Below, one piece after another: positions 30,398 through 41,704 of a stretch of 64,000 nucleotides of DNA. Positions within the stretch are counted from its first letter, which is position 1. Every line of letters begins with the position of its first letter. The stretch lies in assembly GCA_963765895.1 (NCBI GenBank), contig CAVXZB010000048.1, forward strand, positions 1 to 64,000, read 5' to 3'. The notes below the pieces were generated by a model. It was not told where the DNA came from, did no database searches, and saw only the letters and a list, made by a program, of their open reading frames with translations. The position numbers and the translations under genes were made by a program. Source of the DNA: an uncultured Nitrososphaeraceae archaeon (lineage in GTDB: Archaea > Thermoproteota > Nitrososphaeria > Nitrososphaerales > Nitrososphaeraceae).

Positions 30398-30786
30398 TCT
30401 TCATTACCTCTTGTCAAATTTGATTCCGCAGTTGCATTCATCGATAGATTAAATTGCGCCGTTTCGAATTCTAAGGCATCATCCTCACGTAACCAGTCCC
30501 AATACAAATATTAACCGTTGAACTCTGCTAAGGCTTGTTTTAGTTCCGCAATCCCTTTCTGGCTTCGACTGAAATAGATGCAGTTTGATCGCGCAGCTTC
30601 GAGCGACTTGTAATTATCTGCGACTATCATGTTCACTCGACCTCCTGAAATTTAGGTATACAATTGCTACAAAGCAATAGAGTAATTACTCCCAGGCTGC
30701 CAACTTTTATCGCAATTTTATCGGTAGCTTTTTCAAAGCAGCCAGTTGCTTCACACATAAAGTTATTAGCATCCGCGTCGGTGTTA

Positions 30787-31010
30787 TTATTGTCCATATG
30801 TTAATCCACCTATGGTCGTGGGTTTGCTTGTTTGGAGGGTCACAATTCTACGATCAAGCGAACCATTATCCTTTTTTCCTTCAAACGTGTACTGCTTTTC
30901 AAGTATCCTTAACACATATCTGCTGCGTGGAATATCACCACGGTCAATGTCTATTTTCTTCATCATCTCAGTCGGCAAGGATATGCCGAATGCAATCGAT
31001 CTGATCATCA
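30787..31010 (-). CDS. Ribbon-helix-helix (CopG-like) DNA-binding protein
   Basis: GISLPTEMMKKIDIDRGDIPRSRYVLRILEK; start uncertain. Confidence 0.7.
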
Positions 31011-31115
31011 ATGCAACATTGGCAAGATTCATAAAGCACTTTTGTAAAAGTACTTCTGGTAAAGCATAAATAATAATGCCATTGCCATCCAAAAATTTAG
31101 CTATGGCGGATCAGA

Positions 31116-32250
31116 ATGAGAGCGAACAGCTATGATATAAGAATAGATGAAGCAATTTACATGTTTTAAGTATCGACAATCGATTGAATTACAGAGTTCT
31201 CAAAGAAAGAATAGAAGGTATTATTGGTAGTTATCTCTGATGGCACATTAAGCAGGCATCTCCAGAAGATGGAAAACGATCGTTTATTAAATAAAGTCGA
31301 TGCAGGGAGAGGTGGAAAGGTATTTTATTTGCTAACGATAGAATCCAAAAAAAAGGAACAGTTACATCTTCTTAAGTTTAATCCACAATATGAGTTATTT
31401 AGGGGAATTTATGCATATATGTTCCTATATGGCATGCCTGACGAAAATTCATACGCAAGTGACAATCTACAACATGTCCTTTCAGAAATTCATGCAAGTA
31501 AGAATGACCTCTTCATTGATAGAATAGAGAAATGCCACTCAGATTACCAGGTTGAATCACAGCTTCTAAACGCTAGAGAGAAGCAATTACAGGTTTTTGT
31601 TAGGACATATTACAAGCCGATAGCAGGTACATTCATTACTGAGTTAATCTCTATCGCAAAAATATTTTTTACCAACATTGCATCGAATATATCACTTACT
31701 TCTACCACATCCCTGGAGTATCTATCAAAGACTTCACAGGATTTTATCTATTTAGGCCTAAAGTCTAGGATGTACAGACTGCTTTTGAATGTTTACTAAA
31801 AACAATATAATAAGACCAATCATGGAATTCCGTGGTGAAACGAGATATATAATAGTAGATGAAACACTGATTGAATTCATAGAAGATCTACGCAAATTTC
31901 GCAGAATAGAACGCGAGTTTGAATATGAAAGCTGGACCCATTTTCATAAACCTACTGACAATGACAAGGAGAGAAAGAAAGCATTCTACTCAGACAAGAC
32001 AATGTCCGAGAAATTTTTTAATAAGTTAGAATTGAACAGGCATCAATATAAGACATCATTAAAAGAAGAGGGAAAGAACAGATTCGTCAATGTAGAAAAA
32101 GGATCAGAAAATCTTCTAATCAATATAAGAATACTTTAAGAGAGTATAATACATACTTAAAAAATAAACATGAAAAAACCCTCAAGGAATACTCATTTTT
32201 TTCTGATGTCTTTGAACTAATTTGTCCAATGCTTTTTGTAGAACATTAAG
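31116..32250 (+). pseudogene. Frameshifted protein with an N-terminal wHTH
   Basis: ISDGTLSRHLQKMENDRLLNK..GGKVFYLLT; continues over three frames. Confidence 0.55.
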
Positions 32251-32275
32251 TGGATTTAATCGCTTATGCTAAAAA

Positions 32276-32624
32276 TTACAATACTTTCTTTCTTAATGCC
32301 TCTGGCTTAACCTATGCCAGCTTGTGATTAAGCTGCATCATTGAGATAATCTGATTAAATCGCTGATTGGTCTCCTCACGAATAGTCTGTAGATTCTGTT
32401 CGTATTTCTGCTTCATTGTTTGCATTTCTATATCCTTTTCAGATAATTTTGCTTCAATGCTCTTACCCCCGGCTTCTAGTGCAGTATAATCTAGAAATGA
32501 AAAATATTTCATACACTTTGTGAGATAAATCTCTCTTCTCTCAGACTACTTCTTGGTATAATAGACGCTACCATTATGACCCAAGAACCATTCATTATAA
32601 TCTCTATTAACCTCGTCAGAAATC
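32276..32624 (-). pseudogene. Tyrosine integrase remnant 2 (C-terminal part)
   Basis: ISDEVNRDYNEWFLGHNGSVYYTKK*SERREIYLTKCMKYFSFLDY...KLA*VKPEALRKK: catalytic H...Y box plus coiled-coil tail, with internal stops. Confidence 0.75.
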
Positions 32625-32625
32625 A

Positions 32626-33833
32626 CTATTTGGTATTCTTTTTCATCAATGCTTCCGGCTTAACTCTTGCTAATTTTGGGTTATGTTGTATCATTGTTAA
32701 AATCTGACTCATTTGATCGCGCATAGCCTGGATCTCCTCATTATGTTTGCTTTCCATAATTTCAATTTCATTCTTCTTTTTGGTTAGCTCATCAACTTTC
32801 TTATGCAAGCGGCACTCTTCATTTATAGTTAGATCGTTAATTGCAGCGACATAGCCCTGTGTTTTATCATTACCCTCAAGCAATTCCATATCTGTAAGTT
32901 TGAAGTATGATTTGGTTAGGCCGCTTCTATGTCCCATTAGGTATTCGCTGTACAGTGGATTCATGCCGCTGTTGATACAGGTTGTTTTGAAGAATTTTCG
33001 TAGGCCATGAGTCTGCATTAGTTCGGTACGTTGTGTGTGGTTATTTGGTTGTAATCTTATTCCAGTCTTATATAGCAGTTTATGAACCACGAAAGCTACA
33101 ACATGAGTACTGACGGCTTTCGGTCTGTTGTATTCCGTTGCAGTATCAAATTCTATTCTGAATAGTGGGGAGTTAGGTTTTAGCTGCTCTCCTATCCTTT
33201 TACGCCAGTCTAGGTATTGGTCTATGTGTTTGGCGCACTCTGGAGGTACAGAACGTTGTATAGCTTTCCTGTTCTTTTTTGTATACGTTGATTTTATACA
33301 GGTTGTATTTGTCAATCTTTTGCAAGTCTCTTGTTCGTAGGTATGATAGAGCTCCACGACGTAGACCAGCACTAGACATTAACAGTATCATACACTTGTC
33401 TCTGAGTGGAGGCAGCGTCTACCAGTATCTTTATTTGGTCACGTGTATAGGGTTTATCCTCTACAACACTGTAATGCTTTGCTTTGAATTTCTTTAGTCG
33501 TTTCCAGTGTAGTGTGAAGCCGTTCATTTCGTAGAAGTGAGCGATAGGAGTTATGTAACTGGATACAGTTGTTGGAGCTAATCTTTTATCATGTCTTAGG
33601 TAAATAATGTAATCGCGTATTCTGCTTTCAAGGTCGCTTTCAGAAATTAGCACCATATCCTGATGGTTAGCTAAATTACAAAATTGTATGAAGTAATTAA
33701 ACTTTAGATTGTATTCCTTTTTTGTAAACTTGCTATTTATTGAATTGATAAAGTTGCTGTATGTTTCTGCTTCTGTTTGTTGTTGCTTCTGGTTTGGTAT
33801 CATTTCTCCCGTGCTTATACCAACGTAGCTCAA
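32626..33833 (-). CDS. Tyrosine recombinase/integrase with two frameshifts (~33400, ~33240)
   Basis: SAM-like N-terminus (LAPTTVSSY), EDKPYTRDQI, SSAGLRRGA (R), HGLRKFFKT (HxxR), LMGH and TKSYF (Y). Confidence 0.9.
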
Positions 33834-33853
33834 GCTATTAAGTATAGTATAAG

Positions 33854-34153
33854 CTATTCAATTATCCTAATTTGTCTAGCGCCAATCTGATCTACCATAT
33901 AAAAATCATTGGCCAATTGAATAATATCACCAATTGATATTTTATAATGACTTCTCCTTTTTCTCAGTGGTATTCCAAACGGTTTTTCTTCTTGTCTAAA
34001 CTTTATCCATATTCTGCCTACATTAAGTATATTTTTAAACTCGCATTCCCATATTAAATCATAAATCGTATCTAAGGCTTGTCTACTAAGATTGTCATGA
34101 CTTAGGATAATTTCTGGATCAGGCTCTTTACAGAAAAAAACTCTAACTTTCAT
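33854..34153 (-). CDS. Hypothetical protein with a YodL-like C-terminal motif
   Basis: ISIGDIIQL...FYMVDQIG resembles YodL SxSDVV...YxVDxxG; sits directly upstream of the integrase. Confidence 0.5.
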   Translation of the reverse strand: MKVRVFFCKEPDPEIILSHDNLSRQALDTIYDLIWECEFKNILNVGRIWIKFRQEEKPFGIPLRKRRSHYKISIGDIIQLANDFYMVDQIGARQIRIIE

Positions 34154-34320
34154 ATTCTTACAACATTTAGATATTGTATTTCACATAGAATAATTACCAA
34201 ATTGATACGCATTTCAATCAGTCCAAATGAAAATTCCTGCTGATTAATCCGTATCTTCGATATTGAATCAAGCGAATCATAAGCAATGTCATCATATTAG
34301 TATATTATGTAAAATCATCC

Positions 34321-34569
34321 TTGAAAAAGATTCAGAAAAAGCTGGAAATATTCCGTAAGATAGAGCCTTATCTAGCATTTCTTAATGTCCATCAACTACA
34401 AAGACAGGGCGCAGACATACAAACCAAGATAGAAGAATTGAAAGAATTGGATCAATCACTAAGACAGCGTGAAAAGGTAAAGGATGATGCTATAGTACAA
34501 TTATCAGATCAACTTGTGTCTTTATCGGCTAGTTGCAGAAAATTATATTGGATCATCACTTTGCAGTAG
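34321..34569 (+). pseudogene. Tyrosine integrase remnant 3 (C-terminal coiled-coil tail)
   Basis: EIFRKIEPYLAFLNVHQLQRQGADIQTKIEEL...KDDAIVQLSDQL matches tails of Nitrososphaera-type integrases (from memory) and parallels remnant 2. Confidence 0.6.
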
Positions 34570-34759
34570 CTTAAACTATTAGCTAATCATCTACAATCAA
34601 TGGCTTTGATTTGATTGAAGATTCATAAAATATTATCCATCTAAAGGTAAGGCCCAGTTCTATCGTTATTCTATGTTCATTAAATCTCTGTTTTAGCTAA
34701 ACTCAGACTATGGCTAGATGAGATGACAATAAGGAAAAAGAAACGTATGTTTATTAATT

Positions 34760-35788
34760 ATGTATAATAATGTTTCCATGTTGGTTGTAAATAATAAAGG
34801 GCTTTCACAGAAATCATTGGTTTTGAACTGTTTGCTCATATTAGCAATATCGGGGATGACATTATTCAGTGGAATCAGCATTAATTTGAATAATAATCAA
34901 GCACAAGCACAAGAGGATCAGCAACAACAAGTAGGGCATACAAAGGCCAACAGACTGTGGGAAACACCTACCAACTTAAAGAACCCAGAATCAGTAGCTT
35001 ATGCATCTAAACAAAATGTCTTGTTCGTTTCAAATGTAAATGGAAAACCAGATCAAAAAGATCAAAATGGATTCATTTCTAAAGTATCACCTTCTAATGG
35101 AAGCATAATTGAATTAAATTGGGTAAAAGGGCTAAATGCACCAAAGGGTATAGCTATTTCTAATGATGGCAGTAAATTATATGTTTCAGATATCACTGAC
35201 CTAGTAGAGATAGATATTGCTAGTGGAAAAATAATCAAGCGCTTCAATGGACCAGGAAGCTCTTTCCTTAATGATGTTGTAGCATATAATCTAGGAAATA
35301 TCTATGTATCTGATACAGGTACAAATACTATCTACAAGCTAGATACTAATCTTGGCAACAGTACATTATCTTCCTTACAAGTTTGGCTGCAAAACCCACA
35401 ATTAAATGGTCCTAATGGTTTGCATATAGACAATAACAAAAATAAATTAATCGTTGTTTCTTTAGGACCTTTAAGTAAACCTGGAGGAGGCATGGAGGTT
35501 ATCGATATAAAAAATAAGAAAATAAGCAGTTTAGGAAAAGCAGGAACCACGTCTCCTTTTGGCGGTCTTGACGGAATAGTATCAGATGTTACCGAAACAC
35601 ATTATTATGTTACTGACAATCCTGCAGGAAAGGTATATACCGTTAATGCTGATGGGACAGGGTATGTTACTTTGATAGATTTGCATACACAAGGGGCTGC
35701 TGACCTAGGATTTAGACCAGACCAAAGTACAATTATAATACCTCTTATGCAAGACAACAAACTTGTAGCTTACAAGTTAGTACAATAA
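34760..35788 (+). CDS. Secreted beta-propeller protein (SMP-30/gluconolactonase-like, 'ATP/GTP-binding' family)
   Basis: LKNPESV, GLNAPKG, FLNDV, GPNGL, GLDGI, GAADL blades; signal peptide. Confidence 0.85.
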   Translation: MYNNVSMLVVNNKGLSQKSLVLNCLLILAISGMTLFSGISINLNNNQAQAQEDQQQQVGHTKANRLWETPTNLKNPESVAYASKQNVLFVSNVNGKPDQKDQNGFISKVSPSNGSIIELNWVKGLNAPKGIAISNDGSKLYVSDITDLVEIDIASGKIIKRFNGPGSSFLNDVVAYNLGNIYVSDTGTNTIYKLDTNLGNSTLSSLQVWLQNPQLNGPNGLHIDNNKNKLIVVSLGPLSKPGGGMEVIDIKNKKISSLGKAGTTSPFGGLDGIVSDVTETHYYVTDNPAGKVYTVNADGTGYVTLIDLHTQGAADLGFRPDQSTIIIPLMQDNKLVAYKLVQ

Positions 35789-35834
35789 ATATTTGAGTAG
35801 TCGAAATGTACCTGTACATCAGATGACAATATTC

Positions 35835-36523
35835 TTACCATTCAAATTATTTATTGTAATCCTTTCCAAACATTTTCTGAAAAGCTGCCATACGTTCCTT
35901 CATACCTAAATTTGAGGCGATTGTTATTTACTAATAGTCTTTTTGTTGATGCTTGATCCATTCTAGTCGCTTCAATACCCTCAGGTAATTCTATTACTGC
36001 TCTATGGATCTTTCTTGTTACTGGATTTCTTATGGGTTCAAGTCATGCATCTACAATTTTATTACTTTTATTACTTTTATTGCCAATGGTCATGTGACTC
36101 CCTGATACCCTTCATTTCAAATCTAATATCTGCTCTTTTCACCTCGTCATGTTCTTCTATAATACTAGCATAAAGTGCAAAAGGACCACCATTACCTGCT
36201 TTTCCAATTATAATTCTTGATAGTACATCAAATTGTGCATCGTCAGCACGGTAATCTACATAGTATGATGCTCTTCCATGCCCTTCATGTATTGGTCCAG
36301 GCCAAGAACCAATAAATGCCATATTAAGTCCATCTAGTCTAATAGAATTGTTATGGTGACGATAACTACCATCTATTATATGAATTCCACTTAGCCCATC
36401 ACAGTTTCCGTAGGTCGGTTTTGCATTAAATTGACATGGACATCCCCAGCCGCAATTACAAGCATCCAAGTAGTATACATGCATCTTCCATTCTGATTTT
36501 GTGTTTATTTGTGGTCGTTTCAT
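35835..36523 (-). pseudogene. DUF1326-family protein, frameshifted 3' third
   Basis: DACNCGWGCPCQFNAKPTYGNCDG, WPGPIHEGHG; downstream EPIRNPVT, LPEGIEA in other frames. Confidence 0.8.
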
Positions 36524-36679
36524 AATATTTTATCTTTGGCGTATCGTTATTGTACATATCTATCCTTTGCCTTGTTGTCTTAAATGGATGGATTAGATTT
36601 AATGACAGATTGTGTCCCCAGTCGGTCTAAAGATGTCATCGGTTTACACGATATGCCCTATAGGTACAACACATCATTT

Positions 36680-36921
36680 GGCGCTTGCCACTCGTGATCG
36701 AAATACAAAATAAATTATTTATCATCATAGAGATGCAAGTCTATATTGGACGCAGCATTCCCATAATATTTATAATCTCTCCCGCTGCATAGAAGACGCT
36801 ATTTCAAATATGATTATACTGGGATCTACAAGATTCCAATATTGTCGTTATTGAAACTTTGAGAATTAACAGAATTAAATAGAAGGACTCATCCACTAAC
36901 TGCTACTATCTATAGATATCA
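36680..36921 (+). repeat. Dispersed repeat, copy D (full length)
   Basis: AGTCTATATTGGACGCAGCATTCCCATAATATTTATAATCTC..TAGAAGACGCTATTTC..TCCAATATTGTC..GCTACTATCTATAGATATCA. Confidence 0.88.
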
Positions 36922-37524
36922 ATTTAAGAGTAACATTAATGCGCTTTTATATTGCACTGTACCAACTAACGTAGGCCAATTAGCCAAAAGTCTTTATTTT
37001 TAGTGCCCAAAAAACAGATTCTAGTAGATCAAGGCAATGTTGACATCTTTTCTTATCGGCATGTTTCTGGACTAGATCTAGAAGTTTAAGCAAGTCATTC
37101 ATCACCTCATTTCTGGTCATTAACTTTAATGGTGGTATGATTTTCTCGTTTTCTATATCAGTCACTATATTCACTCTTGAAAGGGACCAATAGATGGTAT
37201 GCTCGCATATGATCCTTGCTTAGCCTCTGCATTTAAGCCAGAGGCCGCAAGGTTTTGCGCCTACTCGTAAATGAAACGTAAAGCTCTTTTAACGAGTTCT
37301 CCACATTGATAAAGTCATATGAAATGTTCTTTTGTTCTACTAAATTATTTTATAAGAACAAAAAATTTTATCCATAGCTAAGTATAGTCCTATCTGTGTA
37401 AAAGAACACATTATTGAGTGCGTGTTCATTGCTAATCTGGTAAATAGAGTTAATAATTGTCATAGTTATGACTATTACTCAAATTTATGCGCATCAAAAA
37501 AGTGGAATATTTTTTTTTTATTTC

Positions 37525-37812
37525 TTATATTTTTGAAATCGCTTTCTTCAAATCGTCCAAATTCATTGCAGGATGTATTTCCACGTTGGCATCGAATCCC
37601 TGAAATAAAGGTTCTACAATAGTCGGGATCATATCTGGACTTGGCAAATCCAAGACAAAAACCATAGTTCTGTTTCCATTTACTTCAGTAAAGTATGCAG
37701 CCTCACAGTTGAACTTCTTGATATAGTCTTCGATAGTCTTCAAGAAATTAGGATCTTTGATCGCCTTGTTGCCGGCAGTTGTTGGAATCATTGCTCTAAC
37801 TAATACTCTCAT
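37525..37812 (-). CDS. Conserved small ferredoxin-fold protein (DUF3303/GYD-like)
   Basis: EAAYFTEVNGNRT..DLPSPDMIP..EPLF..ANVEIHPAMNLDDL. Confidence 0.75.
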   Translation of the reverse strand: MRVLVRAMIPTTAGNKAIKDPNFLKTIEDYIKKFNCEAAYFTEVNGNRTMVFVLDLPSPDMIPTIVEPLFQGFDANVEIHPAMNLDDLKKAISKI

Positions 37813-38006
37813 ATCAATTCGTCATCGTAAGCCGGTCGTGCCATGATAATTAATCTTTCTATATGAATCCAGAATGATTATGGAATGAGCATAATTCCTA
37901 GACATTATCTTTTAGGTGCGTCTTCTCAACATTAGTCAAGTTTCCTATCAGTATAAGCAGAAGTTGAGCAGGTTTTTACCAGGTAATAAAAAGATAGAAA
38001 ATATTG

Positions 38007-38135
38007 AGACGTCAGTCTATACATAGGAAGCGGCATTTTCAATAGTATTTATAATCTCCCGTGCTGCATATTGTTAATAGAATCGGCTATTTCAGAAATA
38101 ATTATATGTATTTGAATCCGAGATTGTTACTGTCT
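38007..38135 (+). repeat. Dispersed repeat, copy E
   Basis: GACGTCAGTCTATACATAGGAAGCGGCATTTTCAATAGTATTTATAATCTC..GCTGCATAT..GCTATTTCAGAAATAATTAT. Confidence 0.88.
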
Positions 38136-38259
38136 CGATAATCACTTTGTACTCATGTCCCACCTAAAACTGATTATGTATACTGTATTTAAGGTCTGAA
38201 TTGACCCTAGAATAATCAGATAGAACAAAAATTCTTCTATCTGACTGCTATACTGTTAC

Positions 38260-38470
38260 TTCATTTTCCTGTTGCATTGAGGGCTAATTGGGCAATCTCT
38301 TGTGGATGTGATTCAAGTGACGCATGGCTAGCCGGAAGTGAGATAGTAGTAGCATTCATCTGTTTTGTGAACATGTGTTCGACAGCAGGAGGGATCATGG
38401 GGTCACTCTCAGAGACCTGGTACCAAGTAGGAACTTGCTTCCAAGCCGGAGGGACAGATTTTTCAGCAAA
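38260..38470 (-). pseudogene. Alpha/beta hydrolase C-terminal fragment
   Basis: WKQVPTWYQVSESDPMIPPAVEHMFTKQMNATTISLPASHASLESHPQEIAQL. Confidence 0.75.
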
Positions 38471-38559
38471 ATTGAAGAAATTCCCTTTTTATCTTAATAT
38501 AGATGTTAAAAGGTAGACTATGAATGGAATCGTTATCGACAATCGCTTTATCTAAAGAA

Positions 38560-38667
38560 GTGCTTTGTTGCGTGATTCTGAACCTACATTGCGATCATGT
38601 AAATGGCGCCACTTGTTTGGGCTATCAGTTTGCCTTGTTCCTCACAGTTAACGGGTTGTCTAGACAT
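38560..38667 (-). pseudogene. 5' remnant of a SWIM-finger gene, paralog of 58876-59124
   Basis: MSRQPVNCEEQGKLIAQTSGAI vs MPRRLVNREEQGRLIAQTSGAI; near-identical DNA GCGCCACTTGTTTGGGCTATCA. Confidence 0.8.
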
Positions 38668-38680
38668 CTATGTATTCAGC

Positions 38681-38820
38681 TGCGCGCCTCATGATTGACA
38701 TGCATCTAATTTTTATGAACATACCAAGTCTGTACATTTGATCTCTCAATTCAGAAAACCTCTTTAATGTGATATATTTCATAACGTAAATTAGACGACA
38801 TTGTTTCCGACATTATTGAT
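38681..38820 (+). repeat. Dispersed repeat, copy F (subtype 2)
   Basis: GCGCGCCTCATGATTGACATGCA..TACATTTGATCTCTCAATTCAGAAAA..TTTCATAACGTAAAT..GACATTGTTTCCGAC. Confidence 0.85.
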
Positions 38821-39175
38821 AGCACCAGTTAAATAAGAAATTTTTGAATTGTTTTCACAGACAAGTAATGCGGAAAACCTTTGTTAAGCTCGACTATTAG
38901 ACTACAAATTGTAAGCAGGTTACCACTTGGTGACTAATAACCGTAATATGCCGCACCGATTCTGTCTTACCATGTCTTGGTATGTTTATGTATAGTATTA
39001 AATGAACCAGCCATAAACACTCTAAATATAGTATACACATAGTTTAATTTTTAAAAGAGAACAATTATCGAAGCATTCCAGAGAATTTCTAACCTATAGT
39101 AATAGTCTTTTAGGCATTTTGGAAGGCAATGCAAGCATAGAAAAACTTATTAAAATACCTTTACATATCCCTCTG

Positions 39176-39595
39176 ATGTCATCAGTAGAGTCTTTAAGAG
39201 GAGTTGTCCGACGATTGGAAGACACGTTTAACGATCCACAGCGTAGAGAATTATCTTATTTTGATTTTTATGATGATTCCTTGACTTTTCATGATTTTCC
39301 TCCAAATCAACCAGCCAACAAGGAAGGTTTTAAACAGTTTATTTATCTCCTATGGAAAGCATTCCCTGATATAATAATCACTTTTGATGATATCGTAATC
39401 GAAGGAAATAAGGTGGCATGCAGATACAACTTATCTGGAACCCACAAAGATCAATTTGAGGATCTTCGGCCAACCGATAAACAATTCAGGGTCAATGGTA
39501 TGACCGTATTTTCTTTCCGTAATGCAAAAGTCATAGAACGTTGGAATGTGGTAGATATGAAGTCATTGATGGAACAGTTGAGGACCCAATCCTGA
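39176..39595 (+). CDS. SnoaL-like ester cyclase
   Basis: AFPDIIITFDDIVIEGNKVACRY..GTH..PTDKQFRVNGMTVFSF..KVIERW. Confidence 0.88.
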   Translation: MSSVESLRGVVRRLEDTFNDPQRRELSYFDFYDDSLTFHDFPPNQPANKEGFKQFIYLLWKAFPDIIITFDDIVIEGNKVACRYNLSGTHKDQFEDLRPTDKQFRVNGMTVFSFRNAKVIERWNVVDMKSLMEQLRTQS

Positions 39596-39686
39596 GCCAT
39601 GTTTGTCATTCGCATAGATCAACACCGGCGGTAAGTTGGACAAACCTAATGTTCTAAACAGATACTGTCCTTAACATATTGAATGA

Positions 39687-39944
39687 GGGTGCCTCATGAT
39701 AGATATGCACCTAATTTTTGTCATCACAACAAGGCGTCAGTCTATGCATTTTATGTCTCGATTCAGAAAAGGTTTATAATCTGGCGCGCCGCACATCTGT
39801 AATAGAAGACGCTATTTTCGAGATAAATAAATTAGATCTGCTGCAAAATCTGAAATACTCAGACGTATTAAAATTACTGGACATTAACATAATTAATTAG
39901 TCAGTTTACATGGATTAATTGTTACTACTATCTATAGATATCAG
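39687..39944 (+). repeat. Dispersed repeat, copy G (full length, mosaic of subtypes 2 and 1)
   Basis: GTGCCTCATGATAGATATGCA..GGCGTCAGTCTATGC..TCTCGATTCAGAAAAGG|TTTATAATCTGGCGCGCCGCACATCTGTA..CTACTATCTATAGATATCAG. Confidence 0.9.
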
Positions 39945-40211
39945 ATTCTCGCAAATCAGAGCTAAAATTTAACTGGTCAGTCGGCTCTTAGGTTCTATTG
40001 TAGAGGGGCAAAGCCATTAGCAGGTTGGTTAGTATCATGGGGGATCTGGTACCAGGTGCAGTTTCTGGGGCTGATATGTAACCCAGGCGCTATAGTTTTG
40101 GCACAGCTGTCACTATTACATCCACAATTTTATCATTTCGAAGATACAGCGCAAGCGCAAGACAAGATCAATATTAAGAAGCTTGTTGTAATAATAGTGG
40201 TGATCATAATA

Positions 40212-40529
40212 ATGAGCGAATTTGCATTCTTCCGATTTAGAAGTCATAATATGCTAACTATAGAAGAAGAACAGCATAAGGATGAGATCGTTGAACTAAC
40301 AGAAGAAGTTCTAGATACAAAAGGTATGGAATGTGATTCCAAAATATCAAAGATCTCTGAGGAACAATTAAGAGAAATTCTTGAAGAAGTAAGGAAATTA
40401 CGAAGGAAAAGAAAAAGACTACTCTCAACAGCAGGTGATAGTACAGAAAAAGAAGAAGAAGTAGAACATCCGAATGAGAAGAAAGCCCATATATCAGATA
40501 GTGGCTATATATCCTATAGAGGCGCTTGA
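40212..40529 (+). CDS. Charged coiled-coil hypothetical protein
   Basis: Glu/Lys-rich ORF; start uncertain. Confidence 0.5.
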   Translation: MSEFAFFRFRSHNMLTIEEEQHKDEIVELTEEVLDTKGMECDSKISKISEEQLREILEEVRKLRRKRKRLLSTAGDSTEKEEEVEHPNEKKAHISDSGYISYRGA

Positions 40530-40538
40530 ATTCCATAG

Positions 40539-40907
40539 ATGGTAGAAAGCCTTACAACCCGCTGGCTTTTAGCTCTTGGCTTAGCTACGTTATGTTTTGG
40601 AATATTTCTATTTGTGTTGCGAATTCCAGTACGAACAATAGGCATATTTTTTGCGTTAGGAATACCTTTGATTTTATTATGGCTATATGTTGGTGATAAA
40701 TCAAGACAACAGCAGCCAAATGATGGGAAGACAATTAGTGATCTTGGTAGTAGTAATAATCCTGACCAACACCAACTACAACAGCAATGTATATGTCCTA
40801 TCTGCAAACATGAACAAGCAGGAGTATGTCTGAATCAAAAATGTGCATGTTGTACTATAATGAAAGGAAATAAGGTAGTCGGACATAGCATTAATCCATT
40901 GCAATAG
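40539..40907 (+). CDS. Two-TM membrane protein with a C-terminal Cys/His cluster
   Basis: CICPICKH...CLNQKCACC...GHSINPLQ. Confidence 0.7.
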   Translation: MVESLTTRWLLALGLATLCFGIFLFVLRIPVRTIGIFFALGIPLILLWLYVGDKSRQQQPNDGKTISDLGSSNNPDQHQLQQQCICPICKHEQAGVCLNQKCACCTIMKGNKVVGHSINPLQ

Positions 40908-41362
40908 ATAGCACTGTAGATAGTGATGTTGTATTACACGATTGTCACAAATATACTATACTATTAATGAAGGGGCGCGCCTTTCCCTAACTAGCCTTTG
41001 ATTATGACATTGCTGCTATCACAACATAAGCTTATTGAATGGTTAAGTGATAAAATATCGAGGAGTGTTAGCTTAACCAAATGGGCAGCTCCTGAATAGA
41101 CTCGAGCAGTCATCATCAAATAGTGGATCTCAAACATCATATATTATTATTTTATTTAAAATCATCCGAATAACCCTTACATCTATAATTATTCATAGTT
41201 TAGGTTGGCCTACATTCATCAAAAGTAAGTAAAAAATGGTAGCCTATCTGTATTAATAGTAAGATAAAGAAAAGGCTGTAGTTTGAAATACTATTCAATT
41301 GACTATTATTTAGATTTTGAATTTTGATTTTAGCCAGATAATATTTATATAAAATATTGAGA

Positions 41363-41704
41363 ATGGCTTTCCTAATGAGAAAGAACACTGTATTGTGTGT
41401 AAGTCTCCTGCTTTCAGTAGCACTCGGATTCTCTATACTAGCCAATGCTGGTTTCAGTGGCGCGCCGTCAGTATTTGCACAGACAATAACACCGAAAATG
41501 CACTTGGAGGAAGGGCTTAAGGCATTAAAAAGTGGCGATAATCAAGGAGCAATGATGCACTTGAATGCAGCAGATCAGGGTCTTACTAGTGCTTCCGATC
41601 AATCTGCAAAGATGCACTTGGATCAAGGAATTCAAGCGTTAAAGAATGGAGACAATCAAGGAGCAATGATGCACTTGAATGCAGCAGATCAGGCTCTTAA
41701 ATAG
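41363..41704 (+). CDS. Secreted His/Met-rich protein with two 38-aa tandem repeats
   Basis: KMHLEEGLKALKSGDNQGAMMHLNAADQ x2; exact 40-bp DNA repeat at 41540-41579 and 41654-41693. Confidence 0.8.
   Translation: MAFLMRKNTVLCVSLLLSVALGFSILANAGFSGAPSVFAQTITPKMHLEEGLKALKSGDNQGAMMHLNAADQGLTSASDQSAKMHLDQGIQALKNGDNQGAMMHLNAADQALK

Noticed and set aside
39718-39900. 60-aa ORF inside repeat G (and open frames in A and C)
   Set aside because: Frame is not preserved across copies (1-2 nt indels) and there is no consistent start.
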